DNA of 47,707 nucleotides, taken from the NCBI GenBank assembly GCA_903911135.1, contig CAIWCG010000178.1, positions 1-47,707 on the forward strand, written 5' to 3'. Made by a program: the position numbers and the translations under genes. The notes beneath the pieces were generated by a model. That model saw only the letters and a list, made by a program, of their open reading frames with translations. It was not told the DNA's origin and ran no database searches. This DNA comes from an uncultured Bacteroidota bacterium. Lineage in GTDB: Bacteria > Bacteroidota > Bacteroidia > AKYH767-A > JABDAW01. This document shows, in pieces, positions 1-11,115 of this stretch. The first letter of the stretch is position 1. The number at the start of each line of letters is the position of its first letter.

Positions 1-113
1 CCTAAAACAATTGAAGCACAAACTTCAAAACAGAGCAGTTTGATTCCAAAAACCAAACTGCTGTCTGATAAAGATTTTGAAAAGATTTCATCTAAAAAGT
101 ACTTATGTTTCAT
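1..113 (-). CDS. Possible 5' end of a gene running off the left edge
   Basis: ATG at 113 opens a stop-free frame to the edge (MKHKYFLDEIFSKSLSDSSLVFGIKLLCFEVCASIVL...); no recognisable motif. Confidence 0.3.
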   Translation of the reverse strand, partial: MKHKYFLDEIFSKSLSDSSLVFGIKLLCFEVCASIVL

Positions 114-703
114 ACTATATATTTTTGTAAATTTAATGATTCTTGATATTTAAACCGAAAATAGAAAGTTTGAATGGTACGCAATTTGTGATTTTTTGTT
201 TCGATTGCCAAGTACTATTATTTATTGTTTTCATTATTTTTATCAGTTAATCTTATAATTATTTTTCTCTCCCTTTTTATTACAACATATGCCATTTCAG
301 CTAATTTTCAAGAAGCAATATTAGAGATTTTTTTTTTTTGCTCCAAATTTTTCTTTGAAAAATACACCTGCAAGCTCATAAGTCATTGATAATTAATCTA
401 TTAAATTTTCATTAAAAACCTATATGTTACCTTTGTTTTCCAATAATACACACATTTTTCATCGTTTATAGCCACCCCCTTTTCTTCTTATTGAGTAAAA
501 ACCTTAAATTACTTTTTTATTTTAGGGGGGCAAAACTATGAAATTTTTTTTGATTACAAACAATTTATATTAAATGTTAAAATATCTTAATAGATAAAAA
601 TTTATCTTCACTTTAAACAACAATTATAAGATTTAATTTCTTCCATAATTTTCGCTATGGAATCAAACCCAATTTTCTATTTTTTTAACAATTTGAACAC
701 GTT

Positions 704-2089
704 TTAAAACAATGGTTTTGCCAAAGATTTAGTGGTGCAGATTTTATATCTTATGTCATTGATCGAATCCATTTCAGGAAGATAATAAATCGAATAGCCA
801 TGTTTAATAAAATCGTGCATCTCTTCTTCCCTGATGCAATAGACAAAATTAATTTTATTCCATTTGTTTAACGGGACTAATTGATTTAATACTGGATTTA
901 ACCACCAACCGGATATAATTACTGATTTAACATTTATCAAAGCAGCCTTTTTAATTATTTCATCAGTGAAATCCATACGTGACTTTCTCTTAAGATAATC
1001 ATCGATGACTGGACCGTGGAGGAAATCAAGATGTACGATTTGTCCTGACATTACCATATTGATATTCAATCTGGATGGTTCAGCTCCTCGTGTTTTATCC
1101 CCAAGATTGATCCCTAAAAAGTAGGATGAAACCAATATGCTGCATGAAAAGACATAAAAACTTATCTTGTTCAGATATTGCGCTGCCAATAGGATTACAA
1201 AAGGTATCACTGGTATAAAATAAGCCGACTTTTGTGGTAGCATAAAATATAATGCTGTGTATAAAACGATTATTAAAAACCAGACTTTGGATAATCCATT
1301 GATGAAGACTTTATAGGTTTTGTTCCTGATTACATTGATTAATACTATCAATAAAAAGAACAACAACCCAAAATATCCGATGGTTCCCCAAATGCCGATT
1401 GTTTCCTTAAAGATTACTTTTGAAAAGGATGGATAGGGGAATTGGTCATAATAATGAAAAAATCCTGGCCCATATTTATGATATACAGGGAAATAAAACA
1501 GGCATGAAAGCAGCAAAAGGGGCAAACTTAGTTTGCACAGATTATTCCATAGAGCTTTCTTGTAAAGATATAACTGTAGGACATATGGAATGAAAAAAAC
1601 GGCTGAAGTAATTCGGCACCCGACAGCAAAGGCAAGTAAAATGCCCGCAATGATAAACCGATCATGAATCAACCAATAATAACTCATCATGATGAATCCT
1701 AAAGCCCACACATAATCCATGCAATCGGTGCTATGCATATATATAATAGGAGTAAAGGCAAGCGTCAGGGCTCCAATAAATGAATGCTTAAACTTCAATT
1801 TTTCAAGAATCAAATAGAAATATAGGCAAGCGACAAGGCTAAAAATCGCCGTGATTCCATTCAATATATATATGCTGACATTATTTATTATCGCTGCATA
1901 AAAATATTCTTGTACCGGATGCCCTGGCAATCGTGAGGCCTCATAAGTCCCTGATTGGGCCATGTGTTTTGCCGTCAATCCAACTCCCCATGCATCTTCC
2001 TCAGAACCATATCCCGCATCAAGAAAGAAAATTCTGGAGATAAGTACGATTGCAGTTAATATAAGTAAAGCCCTATTCGTTGAACCCAT
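704..2089 (-). CDS. Polytopic membrane protein, probable GT-C fold (ArnT/PMT-like) glycosyltransferase
   Basis: 461 aa with many hydrophobic segments; acidic EED motif after the first TM helix; TAATTTTG -7 box on minus strand at 2097-2104. Confidence 0.6.
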   Translation of the reverse strand: MGSTNRALLILTAIVLISRIFFLDAGYGSEEDAWGVGLTAKHMAQSGTYEASRLPGHPVQEYFYAAIINNVSIYILNGITAIFSLVACLYFYLILEKLKFKHSFIGALTLAFTPIIYMHSTDCMDYVWALGFIMMSYYWLIHDRFIIAGILLAFAVGCRITSAVFFIPYVLQLYLYKKALWNNLCKLSLPLLLLSCLFYFPVYHKYGPGFFHYYDQFPYPSFSKVIFKETIGIWGTIGYFGLLFFLLIVLINVIRNKTYKVFINGLSKVWFLIIVLYTALYFMLPQKSAYFIPVIPFVILLAAQYLNKISFYVFSCSILVSSYFLGINLGDKTRGAEPSRLNINMVMSGQIVHLDFLHGPVIDDYLKRKSRMDFTDEIIKKAALINVKSVIISGWWLNPVLNQLVPLNKWNKINFVYCIREEEMHDFIKHGYSIYYLPEMDSINDIRYKICTTKSLAKPLF

Positions 2090-2413
2090 TGCGCGGCAAA
2101 ATTACTAACTATATTTGTATTGCTTCCTTAAACATTGGTTAAATTAATCAAGGCCATGATAATTCGAGAAGCGCACCATTTGTTTTCCTTTCAGTGTAAA
2201 TTTTTAACCATTGACTTATTTATAATTCTATTCAAGATGTTATCAATCATTAAAATTATTAATGACAAAATCGATAGTCATTAGAATATTTATGCTTGAA
2301 TTTCTTCTCAATAAAAGTTCATGAAAAAACAATTTCCATTTCCATAAATTCAATTTCTTTGTGATTATTAAGTTTACTTTGTATGGAATATGTATTAGGC
2401 TACGGTTAATTCT

Positions 2414-2453
2414 AATTCCATGACGATTAATCAGTAATAATCGTCATGGAATT
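2414..2453. terminator. Perfect 16-bp stem hairpin, terminator-like
   Basis: AATTCCATGACGATTA-8 nt-TAATCGTCATGGAATT. Confidence 0.5.
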
Positions 2454-2574
2454 TCTTGTCCTTTTGATAGCAAATTAATTATAAAACATTAGAATTCATA
2501 AATGAAAGGTTGTTTAATATGGGTAATAAGCAAAATAAAAGGAGCCTGATAGCTTAATATTTTATTTCCGACAA

Positions 2575-2780
2575 GCTAAAACCAGTTCCATACATGGGAT
2601 TAACCTTTTTAAGCTAAATAAGCCCATTCCCATACATGCGATTGGCCTTTTTAAACCAAAAAACACCAAACCCATACATGGGATTGACCTTTTTAAACTC
2701 CAAAATACCAAACTCATACATGGGATTGACCTTTTTAAACCCCAAAATACCAAACCCATACATGCGATTGGCATTTTTAA
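2575..2780. repeat. Tandem repeat, 42-bp period, 5 copies
   Basis: CATACATG recurs at 2589, 2631, 2673, 2715, 2757, each followed by (G/C)GATT..C(C/A)TTTTTAA. Confidence 0.95.
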
Positions 2781-2884
2781 GGTTTTTATAGTTTTGATGC
2801 AGGAGGGGAGGGCTTCAACTCAAATTTAAATCGTTGCACTGCACCCCAAACGGATTCTCTGCAACGTTTTCTTGTGATATAATA

Positions 2885-2919
2885 TAAAAAGCCAGATACA
2901 TAATTACTGTATCTGGCTT
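2885..2919 (-). terminator. Intrinsic terminator after tRNA-Pro
   Basis: AAGCCAGATACA-7 nt-TGTATCTGGCTT stem, followed by a T-run on the minus strand. Confidence 0.85.
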
Positions 2920-2928
2920 GATTTTCAG

Positions 2929-3002
2929 TCGGGGTGGCGAGATTTGAACTCACGACCCCTTGCACCCCATGCAAGTACGCTACCAGGCTGCGCTACACCC
3001 CG
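2929..3002 (-). tRNA. tRNA-Pro(GGG)
   Basis: Reverse complement CGGGGTGTAGCGCAGCCTGGTAGCGTACTTGCATGGGGTGCAAGGGGTCGTGAGTTCAAATCTCGCCACCCCGA; cloverleaf with anticodon stem CTTGC/GCAAG, anticodon GGG and T-loop GTTCAAATC; CCA not encoded. Confidence 0.97.
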
Positions 3003-3076
3003 AATTTCTGGTCATCAAACAAAATAAAGAACCGATTTTAACTACTTTTATGAGTTGGAACAATACCAAAACGCTG

Positions 3077-3114
3077 CAAAAGTAAAATAAATACTTTTAA
3101 ATTCAATAAATTTG
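3077..3114. promoter_or_regulatory. Divergent Bacteroidota -7 promoter boxes (tRNA-Pro and TonB receptor)
   Basis: TACTTTTG on minus (3077-3084) and TAAATTTG on plus (3107-3114) match TAnnTTTG. Confidence 0.7.
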
Positions 3115-3167
3115 CAGTCTTCACTGAAACAAATTCATGCGAAACAAAACATACCCAATACCTAATT

Positions 3168-5540
3168 ATGCATAAAACCTTCAAGATATTTTTTATTTTT
3201 TCATTGGTCTTTCTTTTACGATTCCAAAGCTCCATTGCCCAAGAAAAATACACCATCAGCGGCTATGTAAAAGATGCATCGAATGGTGAAGCGTTGATTG
3301 GCGCACGGGTATTCATCAAGGAGATTGCACAAGGAACAGCCGCCAACCAATACGGCTTTTATTCCTTGACGATAGATAAGGGAAATTACAACTTAACTTT
3401 CTCATTTTTAAGTTTTAAGGATACCGTAATACCTATTATTTTAGATAAAAACATAAGACTGAACATCAATTTGTTGCCAGCAGCCATTGAGGGAAAAGAA
3501 TTTGTAGTGTCGGATAAGAGAAGCGATGAAAATGTGCATGGAACACAGATGGGAACCACCACTTTATCCATTGACAAGATTAAAACTCTGCCTGCATTTA
3601 TGGGCGAAGTGGATATCATCAAAACTATCCAATTATTGCCAGGGGTTCAATCTGCAGGAGAAGGAAATTCCGGTTTTTATGTTCGAGGTGGTGGTCCTGA
3701 TGAGAACCTTATTTTGTTGGATGGCGCCAATGTTTATAATGCCTCGCATCTATTCGGTTTCTTTTCCATTTTTAATTCTGATGCCATCAATTCCGTTGAA
3801 CTGATAAAAGGTGGAATGCCTGCCCAATATGGCGGCCGACTGGCTTCTGTTCTCGACATTACCATGAAAGAGGGCAATAATCAGGACTATCATGTAGAAG
3901 GTGGAATTGGATTGATATCATCCCGATTTACAGCCCAGGGACCCATTAAAAAGAACAAATCTTCGTTCATTGTTTCTGGCCGAAGAACTTATATAGATGT
4001 CTTGATGCAGCCGTTCATCAGCTCCAGTTCGGCATTTAAGGGGAGTGGTTATTATTTTTATGACCTCAATGTAAAACTCAATTACGAATTTTCAGATAGG
4101 GACAAATTATATGTGAGCGGATATTTTGGACGAGATGTATTTACCTATAAAAATTCCGAGACTGATTTCAGCGTAAGTGTACCTTGGGGAAATACCACAT
4201 TAACCACTCGATGGAACCACTTATTCAATGACAAACTTTTCATGAATACATCTCTCATCTATACCGATTATCAGTTCGAATCCTCATTCACAGCCAACCA
4301 ATTTGTCTTCAATTTATTTTCTGGGATAAAGGATGTAAATGCAAAATGGGACTTGAATTATTATCCTACTATCCGTCATAACATCAAGTTTGGAGCCGAC
4401 TATACCTTTCATATTTTTTCTCCAAGCAGCGTAACAGGCCAGGCGGGAAGCGTGAGTTTTAATACCGACCAAATCAAACATCTATATGCCAATGAAGCGG
4501 CAGTTTATGTGTCCGATGATTTTGATCTGACAGATAAAATAAAACTTAATGGTGGATTGAGATATTCGGCATTTCAGCAGGTAGGCCCTTTCTATCGATA
4601 TGGACATGACCAATATGGAAGAATCACCGATTCCACCTATTATGCTCCATCAAAACAGGTTTGCTTTTACCAAGGAATAGAGCCCCGTTTCTCCATCAGA
4701 TATTCCCTGGACCTTCATTCATCTCTTAAAGCTGCATTTACCATAAACAACCAGTACATGCACCTCGCATCGCTCTCCACCGTAACGCTTCCTACAGATG
4801 TATGGGTTCCAAGTTCATCAGTAATCAAACCCGAAATAGGTACGCAATATGCATTGGGTTATTTCAGGAATTTCAAGAAAGATATGTACGAAACCTCGGT
4901 GGAAGTTTACTATAAGCAGATGAAAAACATGATTGATTATGTTGCTGGCTCCACCTATCAGGATAGCTATATGGATAACTTCGACAAGTCCTTCACTCTT
5001 GGGAAAGGATGGTCTTATGGGGTTGAATTATTTATCAAGAAATCGTTAGGAAAATTCACTGGTTGGATAGGCTACACGCTGTCTTATTCCTTCCGAAACT
5101 TCCCTGCAAACAATGATTCCATGACTTTCCCTGCTAAATATGACCGCAGACATGACCTATCGGTGGTGGCAAATTATGTATTGAATGAGCATTGGACCAT
5201 GTCCTCCCAATTCGTCTATGCCACTGGCAATGCCATGACCGTAACCGTAGGTCGGTATTTTGTCGAAGGCCGCTTGGTGCCTCAATATGGAACTGAAAAC
5301 GGTTATCGTCTCGACCCTTACCATCGTCTTGATTTGTCGGTTACCTATATCCGTAAAAAGCATGTTAAATATCAATCGAGCTGGACCTTCTCCGTTTATA
5401 ATGCTTACGACCGCCATAACCCCTATTTCATCTATCCTGCCCAAACAGGCAGTATAGATTATGGCAACCTTCGACTCACCGAAAAACAGGTTTCCTTGTT
5501 CCCGATACTTCCTTCTGTCACTTGGAATTTTAAATTTTAA
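3168..5540 (+). CDS. TonB-dependent outer-membrane receptor with N-terminal carboxypeptidase-regulatory-like domain
   Basis: Signal peptide, ISGYVKD..GEALIGA, plug motif FYVRGG..DENLILLDG, C-terminal WNFKF. Confidence 0.92.
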   Translation: MHKTFKIFFIFSLVFLLRFQSSIAQEKYTISGYVKDASNGEALIGARVFIKEIAQGTAANQYGFYSLTIDKGNYNLTFSFLSFKDTVIPIILDKNIRLNINLLPAAIEGKEFVVSDKRSDENVHGTQMGTTTLSIDKIKTLPAFMGEVDIIKTIQLLPGVQSAGEGNSGFYVRGGGPDENLILLDGANVYNASHLFGFFSIFNSDAINSVELIKGGMPAQYGGRLASVLDITMKEGNNQDYHVEGGIGLISSRFTAQGPIKKNKSSFIVSGRRTYIDVLMQPFISSSSAFKGSGYYFYDLNVKLNYEFSDRDKLYVSGYFGRDVFTYKNSETDFSVSVPWGNTTLTTRWNHLFNDKLFMNTSLIYTDYQFESSFTANQFVFNLFSGIKDVNAKWDLNYYPTIRHNIKFGADYTFHIFSPSSVTGQAGSVSFNTDQIKHLYANEAAVYVSDDFDLTDKIKLNGGLRYSAFQQVGPFYRYGHDQYGRITDSTYYAPSKQVCFYQGIEPRFSIRYSLDLHSSLKAAFTINNQYMHLASLSTVTLPTDVWVPSSSVIKPEIGTQYALGYFRNFKKDMYETSVEVYYKQMKNMIDYVAGSTYQDSYMDNFDKSFTLGKGWSYGVELFIKKSLGKFTGWIGYTLSYSFRNFPANNDSMTFPAKYDRRHDLSVVANYVLNEHWTMSSQFVYATGNAMTVTVGRYFVEGRLVPQYGTENGYRLDPYHRLDLSVTYIRKKHVKYQSSWTFSVYNAYDRHNPYFIYPAQTGSIDYGNLRLTEKQVSLFPILPSVTWNFKF

Positions 5541-5541
5541 C

Positions 5542-6453
5542 ATGAAAAAAACGAACCTCAACATCTGCTTCACCTTTGCGCTGCTGCTTATTTCAGCCGT
5601 TTCCTTCTTAGGCTGCGAAAAAGACATTACGGTTGATTTTCCACCCGCTCCCGATTTGATTGTGGTGGAAGGCCATATAGAACCTGGCCAATATGCCTAT
5701 GTGCATCTTACCAAAAACTCCTCCTATTTCGCCCCTACCGATACGGCTACGCTTTTGAGTTATGTCATCGGCAATGCCACCGTCCTCGTATCGGATGGCG
5801 TGGATTACGACACCTTGAAATTCACCATCGATTTCCATAATTTCCCCTATTTTCCGTTTGTTTATAAAGGCAGCAAAATCATCGGTCAGGCCAATCATTT
5901 CTATACCTTGAAGGTGATGGCGAATGGGCAAACGGTTACTTCCTACACCTCCATCCCTACCCCTGTTAAGCCCGACAGTGCGTGGTTTAGGGTGCAGGGA
6001 AACCTCGACAGTCTGGGTTTTGTATGGATTCATTTCAAAGACCCCGACACCACGGGCAACTGCTACCGTTTCATGACCAAACGTATCAGCCATAGACCCG
6101 ACGGTTCAGTTAAAGACATCGATTTCTTGACCAACATAAACTCCGTTTTCGACGACAAGATATTCAATGGCACCAGTCCCGATTTCAGTTTCAATCGAGG
6201 CCATGTGCCCCATGATACCGCCATGGATTCGCACAATGTGGAGGCAGGTTTTTTCAAGAAAGGCGACACCATCATCTTCAAATACATGAACATTGACCGG
6301 CCACATTTCGATTTTTGGAGCACCGAAGGCATCGCTGCCGAAAGCAGTGGCAATCCTTTTGCCGCTCCCATCATGGTGAAGAGCAACATAGTGGGCGGTT
6401 TGGGCATCTGGGGTGGTTATGGCGCTGCCTACGATACGGTGATTGCGAAATAA
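5542..6453 (+). CDS. DUF4249 family lipoprotein (TonB receptor partner)
   Basis: ATG at 5542 directly after the receptor stop; lipobox FLGC, LIVVEG, C-terminal SNIVGGLGIWGG. Confidence 0.85.
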   Translation: MKKTNLNICFTFALLLISAVSFLGCEKDITVDFPPAPDLIVVEGHIEPGQYAYVHLTKNSSYFAPTDTATLLSYVIGNATVLVSDGVDYDTLKFTIDFHNFPYFPFVYKGSKIIGQANHFYTLKVMANGQTVTSYTSIPTPVKPDSAWFRVQGNLDSLGFVWIHFKDPDTTGNCYRFMTKRISHRPDGSVKDIDFLTNINSVFDDKIFNGTSPDFSFNRGHVPHDTAMDSHNVEAGFFKKGDTIIFKYMNIDRPHFDFWSTEGIAAESSGNPFAAPIMVKSNIVGGLGIWGGYGAAYDTVIAK

Positions 6454-6644
6454 ATCAATACCAATCTTCATCAAGATTTGGATGATTCATTCATGATGGC
6501 TCGCAAAAGGCGAAGCTATTATTAATGATTCATCAATGATTTAGAACAATCGTTTAATCCTTTCAATTTATAAATTGCTGATTTCTTGTCAAATAAATGA
6601 TAATTAATCTGCTCTTTTTCATTTGCAATGACTTTAAAGCACCA

Positions 6645-6960
6645 CGTCGCGTCGTTGGGACCCAATGCCGCTTCGTTAGGTCCTTACGCCGTTTCGTTGG
6701 GTCCTTACGCCGTTTCGTTGGGTCCTTACGCCGTTTCGTTGGGTCCTTACGCCGCTTCGTTGGGTCCTTACGCCGCTTCGTTAGGTCCCTACGCCGCTTC
6801 GTTGGGTCCTTACGCCGCTTCGTTGGGTCCTTACGCCGTTTCGTTGGGTCCTTACGCCGCTTCGTTGGGTCCCAAGGTCGTGTCGTTGGGTCCCAAGGTC
6901 GTGTAATTGGGTCCCAAGGTCGTGTCGTTGGGTTCCAAGGTCTCGACCTTGGGTCCCAAC
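6645..6960. repeat. Tandem repeat, 21-bp period, 15 copies
   Basis: Unit TCGTTGGGTCCTTACGCCG(C/T)T in register from 6652 to 6946; the right-hand units switch to TCGTTGGGTCCCAAGGTCGTG. Confidence 0.97.
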
Positions 6961-7075
6961 ATCTCTCCGCCGAGTTATTTTGCCCCGCCAAAAAAGGCTT
7001 TTCAAGTATAAAACTCCTGAAATCGGGTCTTTTTGGTTTTTGAGTGGATTTTTGGGGTTTTATGAAAAAAGATGA

Positions 7076-7210
7076 TTCGAGGCGGCTGCCATCAATCATA
7101 GCCCCGATAGAAGCGGCAGCCCGCTGCTTTCGTCAGGAAATGGGGGTGCAGCGGCTACAGCGGATAGCGGGACGAAGATGATACGAGAACTGCACATAGG
7201 CTTCAAAAAA
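7076..7210 (+). repeat. Dispersed structured repeat copy 1 (Flavo-1 RNA motif-like)
   Basis: Core TAGCCCCGATAGAAGCGGCAGCCCGCTGC...GCAGCGGCTACAGCGGATAGCGGGAC; five more copies in the window. The Flavo-1 name is recalled resemblance only. Confidence 0.9.
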
Positions 7211-7295
7211 TAATCATGATGGTGATTTTAGTTATTTAGGCTAAAATGTTGGCTTGATTATCTTGGAATTACCATCTTACATCTCCCCAATTTAT

Positions 7296-7303
7296 TAGTT
7301 TTG
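7296..7303 (+). promoter_or_regulatory. -7 promoter box of purL
   Basis: TAGTTTTG about 30 bp before the ATG. Confidence 0.6.
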
Positions 7304-7332
7304 CAGACGAAGAAAAATAATAAATTACGATA

Positions 7333-9549
7333 ATGACAACGACTGAAGCACTTCCCACCTTTGAAACTGCAAAGAAATTAGGCCTCATAGAAGAGGAATT
7401 CGAACGGATAAAAGAGATTCTTGGCCGCAGCCCCAATTTCACCGAATTGAGCATCTTTTCGGTGATGTGGTCAGAGCATTGTTCCTATAAAAACTCCATC
7501 ACCTGGCTGAAAACCTTGCCAAAGAAAGGGCCGCATTTGCTGGTGGAAGCCGGCGAAGAAAACGCGGGATTGGTAGGTATCGGCGAAGGATTGGCGTGTG
7601 CCTTCAAGATAGAATCGCACAACCACCCATCGGCCTTGGAACCCTATCAGGGAGCAGCCACCGGGGTGGGAGGAATAAACAGGGACATCTTCACGATGGG
7701 GGCTCGCCCGATAGCGCAATTGAACTCCTTGCGATTCGGAAACCTCAACTCCGAAAAGACCAAGTGGCTACTTAAAGGTGTGGTGAAAGGCATCGGCGAT
7801 TATGGCAATGCCTTCGGAATACCTACGGTGGGTGGAGAGGTTTTCTTCGACGATTGCTATAACATCAACCCATTGGTAAACGCCATGTCGGTGGGCATAG
7901 TAGAGGTGGGCAAGACGGTTTCGGCGATATCTTATGGTGTAGGCAATCCGGTTTATATCGTGGGTTCGGCTACCGGCAAGGATGGAATTCATGGAGCCAC
8001 ATTCGCTTCCGAAGATATCAGTGCTGCCTCATCTGAAAAACTACCTTCGGTGCAGGTGGGCGATCCATTTCAAGAGAAATTATTGTTGGAGGCCACCTTG
8101 GAAGTGATTCAAACAGGTGCCGTCATTGGAATGCAGGACATGGGTGCTGCCGGCATCATCTGCTCCAACTCGGAAATGTCGGCCAAAGGCAAGCATGGCA
8201 TGAGGATAGATTTGGACAAGGTGCCTACTCGCCAGGCCAACATGCAGCCATTCGAGATACTGCTTTCCGAGTCGCAAGAGCGGATGCTGATAGTGGTGGA
8301 GAAAGGCAAGGAAGCATTGGTGGAGAAGGTTTTCGACAAGTGGGATTTGAATTGTGCCATCATCGGAGAGGTGATAGAAGGCGACCATTTGAGGTATTAC
8401 ATGCATGGCGAACTGGTGGCTGATGTGCCTGCCGATGTGCTGGTATTGGGAGGTGGAGCACCGGTATATACCAGGGAATACAAGGAGCCTGCATACATTG
8501 CTTTGAACAAGGCTTTCGACATGAATAAAGTCAAGGTGCCAAAAGATTTGGTGGCCGTTGCCAAGCACTTGACCACGCACCCGAACATCGCTTCGAAGCG
8601 TTGGGTTTATAACCAATACGATTCGATGGTAGGCACCGTGAACATGACTACCAACAGTCCATCTGATGCAGCCATCATCAACATAAAAGGAACCAATAAA
8701 GCGCTTGCACTGACGGTAGATTGCAACGCAAGATATGTGCAGGCAGACCCCGAAACCGGCTGTGCCATAGCGGTAGCCGAAGCGGCAAGAAACATCGTAT
8801 GTGCAGGTGGTGAGCCTTCTGCCATAACTAACTGCTTGAACTTTGGCAATCCTTACAATCAGGAGGTCTATTGGCAATTCGTGCATGCGATAAAGGGCAT
8901 GGGCAAGGCCTGCGAAATGTTCCAGACACCGGTAACGGGTGGCAATGTGAGCTTCTATAATCAATCGAATGATGAAGGCCCGGTGTTCCCGACGCCTACC
9001 ATAGGCATGCTGGGATTATTGGACAAGGAAAACAGGATGACGCTGGATTTCAAGAAGGCGGGAGACCACATCTTTTTGATTGGAGAATCGAGGAACGACA
9101 TCGCTTCATCGGAGTATCTTTATTCCTTTCATAATGTAAAGAATTCTCCTGCACCCTACTTCAATCTGGATGAGGAATATGACCTGCACCAAGTGGTGAA
9201 AGGCTTGATATCAAACAAGCTCGTAGCCTCTGCACACGATGTTTCTGATGGCGGATTATACATCGCGCTATTGGAATCTGGCATGCCGAACAATCTTGGT
9301 TTCGAGATAGATACCGACGATGAAATCCGCAAGGATGCCTTCCTTTTCGGTGAGGCACAAGGCCGTGTGGTGGTATCTGTTTCGGCAGAGAAGCTGGATG
9401 AATTCATTGTGTTTTTGGCTGAGTCGGATGTAGAATTTACCAACCTCGGAATCGTTACCTCTGGCGACATGCTGATTGATTCCGCTTCGTTCGGGGCGAT
9501 AGCTGATGCCAAGGATTTGTATGACAACGCCATCGAAAGAAGTTTATAA
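7333..9549 (+). CDS. purL: Phosphoribosylformylglycinamidine synthase subunit PurL (small, PurQ/PurS-dependent type)
   Basis: [60 protein letters not shown]. Confidence 0.97.
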   Translation: MTTTEALPTFETAKKLGLIEEEFERIKEILGRSPNFTELSIFSVMWSEHCSYKNSITWLKTLPKKGPHLLVEAGEENAGLVGIGEGLACAFKIESHNHPSALEPYQGAATGVGGINRDIFTMGARPIAQLNSLRFGNLNSEKTKWLLKGVVKGIGDYGNAFGIPTVGGEVFFDDCYNINPLVNAMSVGIVEVGKTVSAISYGVGNPVYIVGSATGKDGIHGATFASEDISAASSEKLPSVQVGDPFQEKLLLEATLEVIQTGAVIGMQDMGAAGIICSNSEMSAKGKHGMRIDLDKVPTRQANMQPFEILLSESQERMLIVVEKGKEALVEKVFDKWDLNCAIIGEVIEGDHLRYYMHGELVADVPADVLVLGGGAPVYTREYKEPAYIALNKAFDMNKVKVPKDLVAVAKHLTTHPNIASKRWVYNQYDSMVGTVNMTTNSPSDAAIINIKGTNKALALTVDCNARYVQADPETGCAIAVAEAARNIVCAGGEPSAITNCLNFGNPYNQEVYWQFVHAIKGMGKACEMFQTPVTGGNVSFYNQSNDEGPVFPTPTIGMLGLLDKENRMTLDFKKAGDHIFLIGESRNDIASSEYLYSFHNVKNSPAPYFNLDEEYDLHQVVKGLISNKLVASAHDVSDGGLYIALLESGMPNNLGFEIDTDDEIRKDAFLFGEAQGRVVVSVSAEKLDEFIVFLAESDVEFTNLGIVTSGDMLIDSASFGAIADAKDLYDNAIERSL

Positions 9550-9604
9550 AACGGACTTGGTTAACAAATAAAGCTGTTCTCATTTATTGATAATGGAGAA
9601 GCTA

Positions 9605-9890
9605 TTTGTCTGTTCTTGAAGCATCGTTGGGTGTTTTTGGGTAGATAGAGTCTGTTGTTGGGACATGAGGTTCTGTTTTTGGCATATCTTGGGATGTACT
9701 TAAGACAATAGGTGTTGTTGCTGCAACTTGATGCTCTGTTCTTGAGAAATGTGTGGGTGTTCATACAAAATCAAGCTCTGTTCTTGGGAGATGATGGGCT
9801 GTTGTTGGGAAATGAGTGTCTGTTGCCGAAATAGGGTGGTCTGTTGTGGAAATGATGGTGTGTTCTGATAATGAGGGGCTGTTCTGAAAA
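9605..9890. repeat. Degenerate tandem repeat, 21-bp period, about 12 copies
   Basis: TGTT (once TGTA) at 9611, 9632, 9653, 9674, 9695, 9716, 9737, 9758, 9779, 9800, 9821, 9842; then two 19-bp steps. Confidence 0.85.
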
Positions 9891-10016
9891 AATAACAGAT
9901 TTTAATTTCATCATAAATTATTGGTGTTTTATTCAAGCAGGGGTGGCATTTCGGACTTTTGTGGAGCTTGTTAACCGTTATTGATAGGGTTTTGGGTGCT
10001 TGATGGTGTCTTAGAT

Positions 10017-10046
10017 GGTTGATTTATATGGGGAAGGCGAATAATT
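10017..10046 (+). repeat. 30-bp direct repeat, copy 1
   Basis: GGTTGATTTATATGGGGAAGGCGAATAATT, 29/30 identical to 13350-13379. Confidence 0.9.
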
Positions 10047-10164
10047 ACCTATTGGATCGGGTGGGGTGAATTAGGGTTTTTATGGTAGATTTGCGGCTTG
10101 AAAAAAGTATTATGGAAATAACAGACAAAAAAATGAGAGGTATAAATTATGAATATATTTAACT

Positions 10165-11115
10165 ATGGAAAACGATGAAATTTTAAAAGAGCTTAAACTT
10201 AAAACATGCAGCAAAAATCTACGATTACCAGATGGCATAATATTTTCAATATTTGGCAATGTTTTAAAAGTTGATTTAAAAAATGTTAGTGGAAATATGC
10301 AAGTAGATAAATATGCTTTTGAAGGTTGGATAGTTTGTCTAAAACTTTGGTTTCCTGAAATTGACAAAGTAGAAATAAATTGGAAGCATATAAAAGAAAA
10401 CAACCTACATTATAATAGATTTTTATTTAGAGTTTTACAATTCAAAAAAATGTACTCATGGTTTTCATTCTCTGAAGAAAAAAATCAAGCGATTGCCGAT
10501 TTTAAGAAAGGATTAGAAGGGACACTTTTAATGAACTATCCTGAAAAAGATAAAGTACATAAAATTAAAGGAGATGAGGATAAAATAGAGATGCTGTTTG
10601 CGAATAAATACGAAGCTCTTTTAAAGGAAAGATTACAGTTAAACTTCTTAAATCAACAACTTCCTGTTGGTGTTTTTGAAGAATTTGAAGAAGAAAAAAA
10701 GAAAAGAAGATTGTTTACTGGTGGTAAAAGTGCTATTGATTTATGGGGGATCAAAAATAATGAACTTTGCATATTTGAACTCAAATATCATAATAAGAAG
10801 CCAGGAAAGGTAGGAATAATATCCGAATTACTTTTTTACTTATCTCTAATGAATGAGGTTTTTATTACTGAAGGGATTACATACCCAAAAATTGATGATA
10901 AAGATGATAAAGTTTGGTTTAGGGGTTTTGATAAATTATATGGTAAAAAGTTTACAAGTATTAAAGGGTATTTTTTGATAGATAAATTACACCCCCTTAT
11001 TGACCAAAAAGTGGTTGACATGATAAATTTAGGTCTAAAAGAAATTGGCAGCATTTCTGTTCACATACTTAAATATAAGTACGATACTGAACTTGATAAA
11101 ATTGAACTATTATGA
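10165..11115 (+). CDS. Hypothetical protein, probable PD-(D/E)XK nuclease fold
   Basis: 316 aa; IDLWG...IFELK fits the D...ExK catalytic pattern; AT-rich; TAGATTTG -7 box at 10086-10093. Confidence 0.6.
   Translation: MENDEILKELKLKTCSKNLRLPDGIIFSIFGNVLKVDLKNVSGNMQVDKYAFEGWIVCLKLWFPEIDKVEINWKHIKENNLHYNRFLFRVLQFKKMYSWFSFSEEKNQAIADFKKGLEGTLLMNYPEKDKVHKIKGDEDKIEMLFANKYEALLKERLQLNFLNQQLPVGVFEEFEEEKKKRRLFTGGKSAIDLWGIKNNELCIFELKYHNKKPGKVGIISELLFYLSLMNEVFITEGITYPKIDDKDDKVWFRGFDKLYGKKFTSIKGYFLIDKLHPLIDQKVVDMINLGLKEIGSISVHILKYKYDTELDKIELL

Noticed and set aside
175-189. Sigma-54-like TGGTAC-N5-TTGT
   Set aside because: Imperfect match with no plus-strand gene downstream
2562-2780. 42-bp repeat as a mini-CRISPR or a 70-aa gene
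   Set aside because: The variable parts are homologous to each other and too short to be spacers
2786-2974. 62-aa ORF
   Set aside because: Overlaps tRNA-Pro and its terminator
2929-3002. tRNA-Pro as an integration site
   Set aside because: No integrase and no duplicated tRNA 3' end seen in the window
6563-7099. ORFs of 74-178 aa over the 21-bp array
   Set aside because: Open on both strands only because the repeat unit lacks stops in those frames; no independent coding evidence
7076-7210. Purine or ZTP riboswitch upstream of purL
   Set aside because: The same sequence recurs five times in unrelated contexts and lies upstream of the purL -7 box
8080-8964. 294-aa minus-strand ORF and similar long antisense ORFs (16548, 36809, 40000, 42609)
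   Set aside because: Shadows of well-supported genes on the opposite strand
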